Assembly (NCBI GenBank): GCA_041305085.1
Contig: JBFYMA010000022.1
Span: forward strand, 484-64,483
Direction: 5' to 3'
Length of the DNA: 64,000 bases
Origin: Nanobdellota archaeon
Lineage (GTDB): Archaea > Nanobdellota > Nanobdellia > Woesearchaeales > UBA9642
Shown here: in pieces, positions 10,631 to 20,706 of the stretch
Layout: every line of letters starts with the position of its first letter
How positions within the stretch are numbered: the stretch's first letter is position 1
Notes under the pieces: model-generated
What the model saw: only the letters and a program-made list of their open reading frames with translations
Told to the model about the DNA's origin: nothing
Database searches by the model: none
Translations under genes and position numbers: made by a program

Positions 10631-10825
10631 TTATTCAAGAACCAGAAAGAACTCATCCTTTTCAGCCAAGATGCCGTCAAAGCTTCGCGTTGCCAGCTTT
10701 ATCTTAAGTATGCACTTGTAGAAGTCTTCTTTTTCGTCGTAAACCTCGAATATTACTTCCTTGCTCTCGACTAGAAATGTCTTTTCTCCAATAACAATTT
10801 GGCTTTGGTTTTGGAATAATTGCAT
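10631..10825 (-). CDS. small hypothetical protein (64 aa)
   Basis: ORF only; acidic C-terminus. Low support. Confidence 0.3.
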   Translation of the reverse strand: MQLFQNQSQIVIGEKTFLVESKEVIFEVYDEKEDFYKCILKIKLATRSFDGILAEKDEFFLVLE

Positions 10826-10928
10826 TTTTTTGGGTGAAGATTAACTCCCCGAGGTGTTTTGGTAGAGGAGGGGTGGTTTGGTAAGAATCAAGCACCCCGG
10901 AGAGTTTTTCTTACTATGATTTCTTGGA

Positions 10929-11342
10929 TTACTTTTTGAGCTTGAGCGAAACAGCAGGCTTTCGCACTTCCTGCAGCCACATTAGGCCAAGCCTCATCAT
11001 GTTTTTGTTGAATTTTTCGCTTAGCTTGTAAGTTTTCTTGTAAAGGTCGTAGTCAACCAGTCCCATTGTCTTCATTGGTGTCAATATTCTGTCGTAAAAC
11101 TGTCTCTTGTTGTAGCTTAGGGGGGCTGGCTTTTTGTTGGTGTATCCCTTGTTTTCGGTTTCTATGAGCTTTCCCTCGTGGAGGGCTGATGCGAACAATG
11201 ACATCTCTGTTTTTCCAAGTTCTCCTTGGTTTTTCTTCATCTCGTTTATGAGCAATTTGGCTACCAATACCTGCTGTTTCGTTGCGAATATGATCTCGAA
11301 GATGTCTTCGGGGATGTTGTATTGGTCAAATAATATTACCAT
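10929..11342 (-). CDS. hypothetical protein
   Basis: 137-aa ORF followed by a 568-bp AT-rich non-coding stretch. No motif recognised. Confidence 0.45.
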   Translation of the reverse strand: MVILFDQYNIPEDIFEIIFATKQQVLVAKLLINEMKKNQGELGKTEMSLFASALHEGKLIETENKGYTNKKPAPLSYNKRQFYDRILTPMKTMGLVDYDLYKKTYKLSEKFNKNMMRLGLMWLQEVRKPAVSLKLKK

Positions 11343-11910
11343 TTTGCGGTTTTTTACACTTCTACCATACTAATATACATACTTATATATAAATGTATCG
11401 TTTTTGTATACTAGTTTGGGGTATTGATTAAAAATTTCTATATAGAAAACAAAGGAGTTTTTGGGAAACCTGGTAAAATAGTAAATTTTTATGCTGATTT
11501 TGGTTTCTGATTCCCGTGAGTATTGCACTGATACACAATGCAAGTTACATAGCAAAAGATGAGATAGAGTTGGCTCATTTAAGAGATGTTTTGAACGCAG
11601 CACCTTTAGAACTGGAATTAGGACCTTTGGCTCATTCTCTCCGTTAATTTTTGCACAAAGCAAAGAGCCAGAGTATAAAAATTATCATGCTCTTTACTTG
11701 AATACAGAAAACCAGTCAGGAATGGACTGTGTAAAGATGACGTTAACTCTCTGCACCCTGTTAAAAGAGAGATGGCTCTCCTGGCTATTTCGCTCCACTT
11801 TATCTAGTTATGCTTTTTCACGATTGTGTGCAGCTCTTGAGATATTGATAATGTAATATTAGGCATTTTTTCACCTCGTTGTGTAATATGTGAATTCACA
11901 TATATGAAGT

Positions 11911-13800
11911 TTATGATTTTTTAGAATCTTCAAAGAACTCGCCAATCCATTTCTCGTACATCAGAGTAATCTTGATGTCCCAATCTCCTGGAAAGCAGCG
12001 CTTGTAGTTGGGCCAGGCGTATCTTTCATCCAAAAAAATGATTACTCCCCTGTCCTTGTTGCTCCTGATGCACCTTCCTGCGCTCTGGATGGTTTTTGTA
12101 AAAGCAGGAAACAGATAGCCGTAATCCCATCCTTTGCCAAACTTGTCATCATAATACTTTATGAGTGCTTCTGCTTCCAAGTCTGGCTTTTGCAGCGGAA
12201 GGCCAACCACTATGACTCCTTTTACTTCATCTCCAGGCAGGTCTATTCCTTCGCCAAAACTTCCGCTCACAACTGCCAGCAGCACACTTCCTATTTTTTT
12301 GTAGCCCTTAAATTTTTCCAGAATCTCATTTCTTTCCTCTTTTGTGAGTCCTGAAACCTCGTCAAAAAGAGTTTTGTCGTTCTTTAAATATTGCCTTACC
12401 TGGTCTTTTAGATAATAGCTTGGAAAAAACACCAGCACATTTCCAGGAATCTTTTCAACAACCTTGTCCACTTCTTCAGCAATTAATTGATACTGCTGCT
12501 GGCTTCTGGACTGGTATTTTGTGCTTGTTTTGGGAATAATGATGTTCAGCCTGTTTTCTTTTGGAAAAGGGCTCTTGAAAGTCTTTTCAGAGGCATTCTC
12601 TATTCCCAGAAGCTCTTTATACATTGTTGTGGGTGTAAGGGTTCCTGACATAAGGATAGAGCAGTATGCCTCGTTTAGGGGCTGCCTTGTCACAACACTG
12701 GGATCAAGGCACCTGTAGCTTAGCACAATGTTTTTCTCCTTTACAGAAAGGATCCTTGTAAATCCCTCTTCTTTTAGCTTCCACCTTTCCAGAAACCTGG
12801 CAATGCTTCCAATATAGGAGTATTTCTGGTCTTCTCTAATATTATCTCCTATTATTCCCAGCTCTTCAACCATTTCATCATAATCTTTGATTTTTGAGAT
12901 TTTTTCAGTGAACTCCTCCATTGATATGTATTTTTCATCAAACTTTGACAGGCTTTTTTTGCTGGCTGAAAAATCATTAAGGCTTTGCTCTTTGAATCCT
13001 TTTGCATAATTAACCAGTACCCCTGCAATCTCTTTCAGCCAGCCAGCAATCTCATCAGGCGCATATTTTCTGGCTTCTTTTATTGCTCTTTCAAGGATTA
13101 CAGTTGAAAGGTATTCTGAGGCTAGGTCTTTTACCCTGTTGGGAAGGTTGTGGGCTTCATCCACAATTAATATGCACTGGCTGAGCTCTTTTTCAATCCT
13201 TTTTAAAAAGGAATTCCTTATTGAATTGTTGAAAACATAGTAATAATCTGTAACTATGAGCTTAGAGTTCTTGGCAGCCTGCATACTGACCTCATAAGGG
13301 CACAAATTGCACTTTTGGCACTCATCAATTATTTCCTGGCTGTCCTTTACCTTGTTTTTTATGCTTTCAAGTACTTTTTTTGCCTCTGTGCTTAGCTTGC
13401 CTTTTTTCTTAAAATTAGTGTAGTATTCGCACTTGTCATCATCTACCATTGCCCTGCAGTATTCTGCGAAGTCCTTGCTGTAAAGGGTTTGGGTTCCTGG
13501 CTGAAGACAGTACCATTTTTTTCCGAGAATGCTTGTTGCGCTGAAATCCTTGCTGTACTTCTGCTGGATGAGCTTAAGGGTATCTATTGCAATCTTGTGC
13601 TGGGTGTGCCTGCTGGTTAGAAAGAGCACTGTCAGACCTTTTTCAAAAGCTGCTGCAAGAGCTGGAGATATTGCGCTGGCAGTTTTTCCCAATCCTGTTG
13701 GTGCGTGGGCTACAAGGCTTTGCCGCTGCTTTATTGCATCTTCAATCTCTTTTATCAGCTCGTCCTGTATCTCTCTGACTTTTTCGTGCGGAAAAAACAT
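11911..13800 (-). CDS. xpd: ATP-dependent DNA helicase XPD/Rad3 family (Fe-S helicase)
   Basis: Walker A HAPTGLGKTAS, DEAH box VDEAHNL, and a four-Cys Fe-S insertion (C..C..CQKCNLC). Start trimmed to the Met at 13800. Confidence 0.85.
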   Translation of the reverse strand: MFFPHEKVREIQDELIKEIEDAIKQRQSLVAHAPTGLGKTASAISPALAAAFEKGLTVLFLTSRHTQHKIAIDTLKLIQQKYSKDFSATSILGKKWYCLQPGTQTLYSKDFAEYCRAMVDDDKCEYYTNFKKKGKLSTEAKKVLESIKNKVKDSQEIIDECQKCNLCPYEVSMQAAKNSKLIVTDYYYVFNNSIRNSFLKRIEKELSQCILIVDEAHNLPNRVKDLASEYLSTVILERAIKEARKYAPDEIAGWLKEIAGVLVNYAKGFKEQSLNDFSASKKSLSKFDEKYISMEEFTEKISKIKDYDEMVEELGIIGDNIREDQKYSYIGSIARFLERWKLKEEGFTRILSVKEKNIVLSYRCLDPSVVTRQPLNEAYCSILMSGTLTPTTMYKELLGIENASEKTFKSPFPKENRLNIIIPKTSTKYQSRSQQQYQLIAEEVDKVVEKIPGNVLVFFPSYYLKDQVRQYLKNDKTLFDEVSGLTKEERNEILEKFKGYKKIGSVLLAVVSGSFGEGIDLPGDEVKGVIVVGLPLQKPDLEAEALIKYYDDKFGKGWDYGYLFPAFTKTIQSAGRCIRSNKDRGVIIFLDERYAWPNYKRCFPGDWDIKITLMYEKWIGEFFEDSKKS

Positions 13801-13852
13801 GATAAAAAGAAAAAAGGGATTGATTATAAAGTTTAGCAATCTATGATTGCGC

Positions 13853-15244
13853 TTACCTTGCCATTGCTGTGTTAAGCCCTGCACTGTTTTGCATATACAG
13901 GCTGTCTGCTGCATTGGCATTTTCAGGGTCTGGCTTCATATAAACGCTCATTGTCAGCTGGTCGTCGACCCTTAACAGGATATTATGGTATTCAAACTCT
14001 TCAGCTATGCTTTGCTTATTTTTCTCGTAATACTTGTTAAAGAATTTGCCTTTTTTTCTAAGGACTTCATTTATTGGGTCTTCATTCACATTCATTCTTT
14101 TTCCTGAAGCTTCATATTGTGCAGTCTCCTTTGAGAGCTGTTTTCTTATATCTTTCATTGAAAGCCCCTGGTCGTAGAGCTCTTCAGCCCTGTCAGCAAA
14201 AGACTTGTTTTTTTCTTCTCCAAACATGAATGCAGTGTAGAGCATTTTTTTGTTGGCTCTTACTGTGTCAGGGTTTTGAGTTGATTTTCCTGTGTATTTC
14301 TCTCCTGCTTCAAAGCCCTTTTTATATAGTTTATAAACATCGCCTGTTGCTATTTCTAGCTTTGGAGCAATTTTCCAAGCAGGAGTGTTCTCTTTTTGTA
14401 GCTCAAAAGCCCTGCTTACAAGCGTGTCAAGGCTTTTAGAACATATAGGTGTTATTGGCTCTGGGCCTGCTGCAATGGTAGCTATTCCTTCAGTGTCTGT
14501 GAATTTTTGGTTTGGCTGCGCAAGCTTTGAGTGATCATTTGATTTGTATTCCTGCGGGAAATCAGGCTGTACTTTTTTTGGCGCCTCTGCTGTCTGAAAG
14601 TCCTTTTCTATTTTAGTCCTTATAGACTCTTCTTCTCCCGAGGAGTTTATAAGGCCTATCCTTGCGTAGTTGCTTGCAAGGATTTCCTGTTCTGTGAATG
14701 GTATGACAAACAGGCCTTCTTTGCTTTCAGCGCCAACTCTTTTTTCGTTTATTATGGCAAAATAGTTGCTTCCAGGAACAACAAACCCTTTGTTTTGGGT
14801 GTTATACAATGAGGTGTGGATGCTTTTGCCTGTTCTTATGGTTCCTGCAATTTCAAGAATGTCTGATCTAAGTGAATTGTGGGCAGGAATTTCTGTTATT
14901 GGCTTTGCTATACTGATTGGAGATTCTGTTATGGCTGCACTGTAGGCTGGCCTCTCTGCCATGCACCATGCATATTTTTCAAAGCTTTTTTCTTTTCTGT
15001 GTGTGCTTGATGTTGGTATGTCTGTTTCCTGCTCTGCCTGGCTTGTTGTTCCTATGCTTGAAGGCAGCAGATACAATAGTCCAAAAAACAAAAGAATTTC
15101 AGTTGTTCTTTTTATTCTTTGCAATGGGCTGCGAGGTATTGTTATGCCTTGCTCAGTCATGGATTTTTCAAGAGAAAACCTGTTTCCACTGAATCTTTCA
15201 TATGCATCCCTTAATTCTCCCTTTATAAGTTCTTTCCAGCCCAT
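13853..15244 (-). CDS. hypothetical membrane-anchored/secreted protein
   Basis: 463 aa with an N-terminal hydrophobic anchor (ILLFFGLLYLLPSSIG), then a long hydrophilic region. No catalytic motif recognised. Confidence 0.5.
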   Translation of the reverse strand: MGWKELIKGELRDAYERFSGNRFSLEKSMTEQGITIPRSPLQRIKRTTEILLFFGLLYLLPSSIGTTSQAEQETDIPTSSTHRKEKSFEKYAWCMAERPAYSAAITESPISIAKPITEIPAHNSLRSDILEIAGTIRTGKSIHTSLYNTQNKGFVVPGSNYFAIINEKRVGAESKEGLFVIPFTEQEILASNYARIGLINSSGEEESIRTKIEKDFQTAEAPKKVQPDFPQEYKSNDHSKLAQPNQKFTDTEGIATIAAGPEPITPICSKSLDTLVSRAFELQKENTPAWKIAPKLEIATGDVYKLYKKGFEAGEKYTGKSTQNPDTVRANKKMLYTAFMFGEEKNKSFADRAEELYDQGLSMKDIRKQLSKETAQYEASGKRMNVNEDPINEVLRKKGKFFNKYYEKNKQSIAEEFEYHNILLRVDDQLTMSVYMKPDPENANAADSLYMQNSAGLNTAMAR

Positions 15245-15340
15245 AGAAAAGAGCTAATTTAACTGTATTTATAACTTTTTCTATTTTTTACTACTTAGTA
15301 GTTACTTTTGGCGGGTTGCAACGTTCTATTCTATTTGTCC

Positions 15341-16000
15341 TCACTTTTTAGGCAGTTTTTCTTTTAGTTTTCTGAGCCTGTCCAAAAGCTTGCCTGCACT
15401 GGGCACGGATTTGTTCAGTGCTTTTTCAATCTCCAAGCTGTAATCTTTCAGATAAACATTCACATTTTTCAAAGGATTTCCATAGCTGTCAAAATATACA
15501 CAGGTATTTAATTGAACAATCTCCTTTTTTTCAGGAACCTCATCAGGATAACCAACAGTTATAAGTGCATGAAGGTTTACATTGCTTGGTACCTGCAGTA
15601 TGTCTTTTACTCTCCCATCCTCAAAGCCTCCAACCCAGCATGTTCCAAGTTCGAGAGCTGTTGCTGTAAGCAAGAGGTTTTCTATGGCAGCAGCAACACT
15701 CTGTATAGAGTAAAGCTGACTCCCCCTTTTTCCGTAAAATGTTTCCTGCTTTTCGCAGAGAGAGCATACAGCTATAATAACAGGAGCTTTTGCAACCCAG
15801 TACTGCTGGAAAGAATAATGGGAAATCTTCTGGATTTTTTCTGGCTCATTCACTATTATGAACTTCCAGTTCTGGATATGGCCTGCGCTCGGTGCAAAGC
15901 ATGCAGACTCAAGAATAAGGCCAATCTTTTCAAATTCTACAGGCTTTTGCAGGTATTTCCTGCAACTCCTCCTCTTTTGGACAGCAGTAAAAACATCCAT
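15341..16000 (-). CDS. nitroreductase-family FMN oxidoreductase
   Basis: RRSCRKY..PV, APSAGHIQNW, typical nitroreductase-fold motifs. Start trimmed to avoid overlap with the upstream gene. Confidence 0.7.
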   Translation of the reverse strand: MDVFTAVQKRRSCRKYLQKPVEFEKIGLILESACFAPSAGHIQNWKFIIVNEPEKIQKISHYSFQQYWVAKAPVIIAVCSLCEKQETFYGKRGSQLYSIQSVAAAIENLLLTATALELGTCWVGGFEDGRVKDILQVPSNVNLHALITVGYPDEVPEKKEIVQLNTCVYFDSYGNPLKNVNVYLKDYSLEIEKALNKSVPSAGKLLDRLRKLKEKLPKK

Positions 16001-16073
16001 GAACCAGATTACGCTTGATTTATTAATAAAAGTTTTGATTTTTTTTGTTTTTGGTTTAGGCAATTGGCACTTC

Positions 16074-16577
16074 TTAGTCATTCAGCTTTTCTAGTATAAT
16101 CTCAACTGTCTGCTCAATATTATTTTTTTCAGTGTTTATGACTATATCTTGAGGGTCGCTGAAGCCGTGCTTAGAATGCATTTCATCTATTAGCCCAGAC
16201 CTGCTTTGCCCGTTTATTCTTACAAGATCCCTTTTTTTGGCCTCTTCAATAGAACACTCCAGATAAAAAGAAACAATTCTATAATTGTTTTTTTTCAATA
16301 AATCCCCCAGACGTTTTTCTATAGTACAATAACGCATCTCTTGAAGCAAAATGTTTTTCTGCAAAGGAATAACTTGTTTGAGCATGTAAATAGTTACTTT
16401 GTTTGCTATTTCTTTGGCCTTTTCCCTGTCTGTCTTTTTAAGGCGTTTGAGCATTGTATCCTTGATATAAGCCTTGTCAACAAAGACATAATCTTTGAGT
16501 TTGTTATAAAGGTGAGAACAGACTGTTGATTTGCCAGATGCCATCGGCCCATGTATTGATATTAATATAGGTTTCAT
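16074..16577 (-). CDS. P-loop nucleotide/nucleoside kinase-like protein
   Basis: Walker A ISIHGPMASGKST at the N-terminus. Start trimmed to MKPILISIHG so that it does not run into the RNase P RNA. Confidence 0.6.
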   Translation of the reverse strand: MKPILISIHGPMASGKSTVCSHLYNKLKDYVFVDKAYIKDTMLKRLKKTDREKAKEIANKVTIYMLKQVIPLQKNILLQEMRYCTIEKRLGDLLKKNNYRIVSFYLECSIEEAKKRDLVRINGQSRSGLIDEMHSKHGFSDPQDIVINTEKNNIEQTVEIILEKLND

Positions 16578-16591
16578 TTTGAAAAAAAAGT

Positions 16592-16914
16592 GCAGAGCAG
16601 CTGTAAGCCACCTTGTGTGCCTCTCCACGGTTCATGGACAGAGGCTCTTAACATTCGACTAAGCCCTCAATTGAGGTTGCACCAGCCAGTACTCGCCGTT
16701 TCATCCATTCTCTTGGAGACGTCAAAGGGTCAACTCATGCCTGTCGCCAGGCACTTCGCCATTATCATCCCATTCCAAAAGTGGTCTCGTTTCTGAGCCG
16801 TTCACCAGGATTTCTCCTGCTCTCTTCCGAGAGTGGCGCTTTCCCCCTTTCGGGATCGGTGGGTGGACTTTCCTCAGAGCTTTTTTCAGCCCCGAAAGTT
16901 AAGCACTGCCCTGC
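16592..16914 (-). ncRNA. rnpB: RNase P RNA (archaeal type A-like)
   Basis: Minus strand reads GCAGGGCAGUG...GAGGAAAGUCCACCC (CR-I/P4 5' strand) ... CACAAGGUGGCUUACAGCUGCUCUGCAC (CR-V/P4 3' strand ACAG.A..GGCUUA). The 5' and 3' ends form a roughly 9-bp P1. A palindromic TATA (tttataaa) lies about 23 nt upstream. Length is about 323 nt. Confidence 0.85.
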
Positions 16915-16936
16915 ATAAATACGGAAAAAATGGGTG

Positions 16937-16944
16937 TTTATAAA
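16937..16944 (-). promoter_or_regulatory. TATA box for the RNase P RNA
   Basis: tttataaa about 23 nt upstream of the inferred RNA 5' end (GCAGGG at 16914). Confidence 0.5.
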
Positions 16945-16949
16945 GGTTT

Positions 16950-17222
16950 TTAAGCAAAATTCATAATAATCATCAATCCTATCAAGAGAAACAGGAAAAA
17001 TATTTTGAGAATAAGATTGGCTGTTTTTATGCCGTGCTGCTTCTGCTTTATTTGATTGATATTCTTCAGGATTGTGAAAATTATCAGTGCAAGTCCAATT
17101 ATCCATAAAATAAGAGAAACAACTGTTGATGAGCTGTACACAAACAATCCTATAAACCCGACAAGAAATCCTGTCCAGAAAATCAATGCATTCCACAGCC
17201 CTGAAACATGAAACTCATCCAT
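16950..17222 (-). CDS. small membrane protein (hypothetical, 3 TM)
   Basis: 90 aa, with three hydrophobic helices separated by short loops. Confidence 0.4.
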   Translation of the reverse strand: MDEFHVSGLWNALIFWTGFLVGFIGLFVYSSSTVVSLILWIIGLALIIFTILKNINQIKQKQHGIKTANLILKIFFLFLLIGLMIIMNFA

Positions 17223-17283
17223 GCATGTTTTAACTTTGTTAAGCTTATAAAGTTTTTTGGAATTATAAGAATATCCAGGCTTT

Positions 17284-17673
17284 TTAACTCAAAATCTCAA
17301 CATTAACTTTCCTGTTCCTTGGCCCGTCAAACTCGCAAAAAAATATGCCCTGCCAGGTTCCCAAAACCAGCTTTCCATATTTTACAGAAATTGTTTGTGA
17401 GCTTCCCATCAGTGAAGCCTTGATGTGGCTGTGGCTGTTGCCCTCTGCATGATAATAGTCGTCTTCCACAGGAATCAGCCTGTTCAATGTTTTGAGAATG
17501 TCCTTTTTGACATCAGGATCTGCGTTTTCGTTGATTGTTACTCCTGCCGTGGTGTGGGGCACAAAAACATGGCACAATCCATCTTTAATTCCAGAATCAT
17601 CTACTGCTTTTTGAACTTTTTCAGTTATGTCAATTAATTCCTGGCCTTTGAAAGTTTCAATTTTTATTTGCAT
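17284..17673 (-). CDS. YjbQ/UPF0047 family protein (secondary thiamine-phosphate synthase-like)
   Basis: GLCHVFVPHTTAGVTINENADPDV..D and the C-terminal QGIFFCEFDGPR are hallmarks of the YjbQ family. Confidence 0.8.
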   Translation of the reverse strand: MQIKIETFKGQELIDITEKVQKAVDDSGIKDGLCHVFVPHTTAGVTINENADPDVKKDILKTLNRLIPVEDDYYHAEGNSHSHIKASLMGSSQTISVKYGKLVLGTWQGIFFCEFDGPRNRKVNVEILS

Positions 17674-17763
17674 GCATTGTGGTAATGAAATATTATTTAT
17701 ATTGTTTGTCTAATAATAGTTCATAACAAAAACTTTTTTAAACATAAGGTTTTCATTTCAATT

Positions 17764-18930
17764 ATGCACCTGCCAAACTATTATGAGGGATGTACTGTGA
17801 ACCTTATGAGTTCTTTGGGAAAAGTTATTGGCTCAAAGCTAAAAACAGGCTACAACCCGTTAAAGGATCTAAGCATAAAATATCTGAAAAAATACAAAAA
17901 TGTTGTTCTTATAGTTCTGGACGGCTTGGGTTATGAGTTCTTAATAAAGCAAAAAAGCAGCTTTTTGAAAAACCACTTGGAGAAAAAACTCTGTTCTGTT
18001 TTTCCTCCAACAACCGCGGCTGCAGCAACAGTTTTTTTGACAGGACTGCCTGCACAACAGCACGGCCTTACAGGATGGTATGTTTTTTTAAAGGAAATAG
18101 GTATTTTAACAACAATACTTCGTTTTGTGCCAAGGATTAGTGGCTTCAAACTATCTGATGCAGGTGTAAACCCTAAAAAAATATTCCTGGGAAAGTCTCT
18201 ATACTCTAAAACAAAAGTTCCCTGTCATGTTCTCTATGATGATATTGTTATCGACTCGGATTTTACAATCGCTCATTCAGGAAATGCTAAAAGAAGCTCT
18301 TATAAAGCAGAATCAGTTAATTCATTTTTTAAAAAACTAAAACAGCTAATTAAATCTAACAATAAAAAGAAATTTATTTCTGCATACTGGCCCGGATTTG
18401 ACGCAGTATCTCACGGTTATGGAATAAACAGCAAAAAAACAAAGAGCCATTTTTTGGATTTGGATAAAAGGTTTTCCAAACTGGCAGACTCATTAAAAGG
18501 AACAGATACAATAATTTTAATAACAGCAGACCATGGTCTGATAGATTGCCCTAAATCAAAACAAATAGATACAAAAAATCACCCTGCGTTTGAAGAATGC
18601 CTCTCAATGCCCTTGTCCGGAGAGCCAAGGCTTGCCTATTGCTATGTGAAAGCTTCAAAAGCAAAAGATTTTGAAAAATATGTGAAAAAAAGACTTGGCC
18701 ATGCGTGCTGGATTTACAGGAGTGAAGCATTGTTAAACAATCATTTTTTTGGTTTATTTGAGCCTCATCCAAAGCTTAAAGACAGGATCGGAGATTATGT
18801 TCTTATAATGAAAGAGAATTATGTTATTTTGGATGGTTTGCTAGGAAAAAAACCTGACTTTCCTATAGGCAACCACGGTGGAGTTTCAAAAGATGAGCTG
18901 TACGTTCCTCTTATAGTTTTGAAATGCTGA
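17764..18930 (+). CDS. alkaline-phosphatase-superfamily metalloenzyme (phosphodiesterase / nucleotide pyrophosphatase-like)
   Basis: VVLIVLDGLGYE metal-site motif, putative nucleophile Thr in FPPTTAAAATVF, and distal His/Asp (ADHGL, GNHGG). Confidence 0.65.
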   Translation: MHLPNYYEGCTVNLMSSLGKVIGSKLKTGYNPLKDLSIKYLKKYKNVVLIVLDGLGYEFLIKQKSSFLKNHLEKKLCSVFPPTTAAAATVFLTGLPAQQHGLTGWYVFLKEIGILTTILRFVPRISGFKLSDAGVNPKKIFLGKSLYSKTKVPCHVLYDDIVIDSDFTIAHSGNAKRSSYKAESVNSFFKKLKQLIKSNNKKKFISAYWPGFDAVSHGYGINSKKTKSHFLDLDKRFSKLADSLKGTDTIILITADHGLIDCPKSKQIDTKNHPAFEECLSMPLSGEPRLAYCYVKASKAKDFEKYVKKRLGHACWIYRSEALLNNHFFGLFEPHPKLKDRIGDYVLIMKENYVILDGLLGKKPDFPIGNHGGVSKDELYVPLIVLKC

Positions 18931-19005
18931 ATTTTTCTTCTTCATAGCTTCAACCCAGCCTAAACCCTTAAATAACTATTTAAACAAACATTAATTATTC
19001 ACACT

Positions 19006-19614
19006 ATGTCAAACGAAGAATCATTCATGCTGGTTTCGCTTGAAGAAAATAAAGCCAAGAAGCTTGCCCAGGTTATAAGCAATGATACGAGCAGGAAAAT
19101 TCTTGACCTGCTGGCAAAAAAGGACTCAACAGAGACAGAGATAAGCAAAGAATTAGGCATTCCTATCTCTACAGTCCACTACAACCTAAAGGCTTTGATA
19201 GACTCCAATCTTGTGATAGTGGAGGAATACCATTACAGTGCCAAGGGCAAAGAGGTCAACCACTACAAACTGGCAAACAAGCTTATAATTATAAGTCCAA
19301 AGGAAAACACAGGGTTGAGAGAGGTCCTTAAAAAATTTCTTCCAATAACAATAATAACAGCGGCCGCAACTGCAATAATTTACTTTATCCAAAGAATCCT
19401 TTCAGGGCAGGATTTTGCTTCAAGGATTCAGGCTCCAATGATGTCAAAGGCTGCAGACGATGCAATGCTCATGACTGAAAGCACTATGGCAGAAACAGTC
19501 ACCCATGCAACTGCAACAAGCCAGTTTCCTTTTGCGCTGTGGTTTTTATTCGGAGCACTTTTTGTGATAATTCTTTACCTGATTTTTGAGATTATTGCAA
19601 AAAAGAGGAAATAA
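19006..19614 (+). CDS. ArsR-like winged-HTH regulator with C-terminal transmembrane segments
   Basis: N-terminal HTH (ILDLLAKKDSTETEISKELGIPISTVHYNLKAL) and two C-terminal hydrophobic helices. Confidence 0.65.
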   Translation: MSNEESFMLVSLEENKAKKLAQVISNDTSRKILDLLAKKDSTETEISKELGIPISTVHYNLKALIDSNLVIVEEYHYSAKGKEVNHYKLANKLIIISPKENTGLREVLKKFLPITIITAAATAIIYFIQRILSGQDFASRIQAPMMSKAADDAMLMTESTMAETVTHATATSQFPFALWFLFGALFVIILYLIFEIIAKKRK

Positions 19615-19692
19615 TGCATATTGTAACCCTTTTGAAGTAGTTCTTTTATCTTCTATAAAAATCAATATCTTTAAAAACTAATCCAGCCTAGC

Positions 19693-20706
19693 TTGTTTTG
19701 TATGGTTCACACTGTTTTCAAGATTGCAAACCTCACAAAAGTTTTTGGAAGGCATGTTGTCCTTAATGATATAAGCCTGGAAATTAATGCTGGAGAGATT
19801 TTTGGCATAATCGGAGCCAGTGGCTCTGGAAAAACAACATTTTTGAATACAATAATAGGGTTTTTAAGGCCTGAGATAGGTGATGTATTGTTCAGGGAGG
19901 AGCACCTTTTGGAGTTTAAGGAAGAGGATGCGTTTGTTTCTGTTTACAGAAAGCCAGCAGACCTTAAAAGGATCATAGGGTTTGCCAGCCAAAGCCCGTC
20001 TTATTATGAAGAGCTTACAGTAAGAGAAAACCTTGAGTACTTTGGGTCATTGCACAACCTCTCAAACGATGCCCTGACAACCAACATGAAGACTCTTCTT
20101 TCACTTATGGAGATAGAGGAATACAAGGACATGCTGGCAAAGAACCTTTCAGGGGGAATGGGCAGGAGGCTGGATATTGCTTGTGCACTTATCCATGACC
20201 CAAAAGTCCTTATTCTGGACGAGCCAACGTCAGACCTTGACCCTGTGCTCAGGAACCATATATGGAAGCTTATCCAAAAGATAAACAAAAAAGGGACATC
20301 TGTAATTCTTTCAAGCCACCACTTGAGGGAAATAGAGCTTTTGTGCAACAGGGTGGCCATACTTCAGAATGGAAAAATAATTGATGTAGGCACAACAGAC
20401 GAGATCAAGTCCAAGTTCTCCAAAAATGAGGAAATACATATTGAAAGCTTTCCAGGAAACTATGAAGAGCTTTCAAAAATTTCTGATCCGAACATTGCAA
20501 ATGTTGAGAACAAGAAAAATGAGTTGGTTATATATACGCAAAAGCCAGCCAAAGTTCTCAAACTGGTTCTTAACAGGATGGACAATCTGAAAGAAAAGAT
20601 AATAGAGATAAAGGTCAACAAGCCAAGCCTGGATGACGTGTTTTTCTCGCTCACAGCAAAAAAAGAAGCCCATGAAGAGGAAAAACGAGGCAGCAGCAAA
20701 AAATGA
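19693..20706 (+). CDS. ABC transporter ATP-binding protein
   Basis: Walker A GASGSGKTT, signature LSGGMGRRL, Walker B ILILDEPTSDLD, H-loop SSHHL. Confidence 0.9.
   Translation: MFCMVHTVFKIANLTKVFGRHVVLNDISLEINAGEIFGIIGASGSGKTTFLNTIIGFLRPEIGDVLFREEHLLEFKEEDAFVSVYRKPADLKRIIGFASQSPSYYEELTVRENLEYFGSLHNLSNDALTTNMKTLLSLMEIEEYKDMLAKNLSGGMGRRLDIACALIHDPKVLILDEPTSDLDPVLRNHIWKLIQKINKKGTSVILSSHHLREIELLCNRVAILQNGKIIDVGTTDEIKSKFSKNEEIHIESFPGNYEELSKISDPNIANVENKKNELVIYTQKPAKVLKLVLNRMDNLKEKIIEIKVNKPSLDDVFFSLTAKKEAHEEEKRGSSKK

Noticed and set aside
11370-11663. 97-aa ORF in the AT-rich island
   Set aside because: Tyr/Ile/Lys-rich translation typical of AT-rich non-coding DNA. No start context.
16590-17196. 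ORF-track ORFs 16590-16796 (+) and 16765-17196 (-)
   Set aside because: They overlap the RNase P RNA, whose conserved CR-I/CR-V elements and P1 pairing explain the region. The translations are low-complexity.
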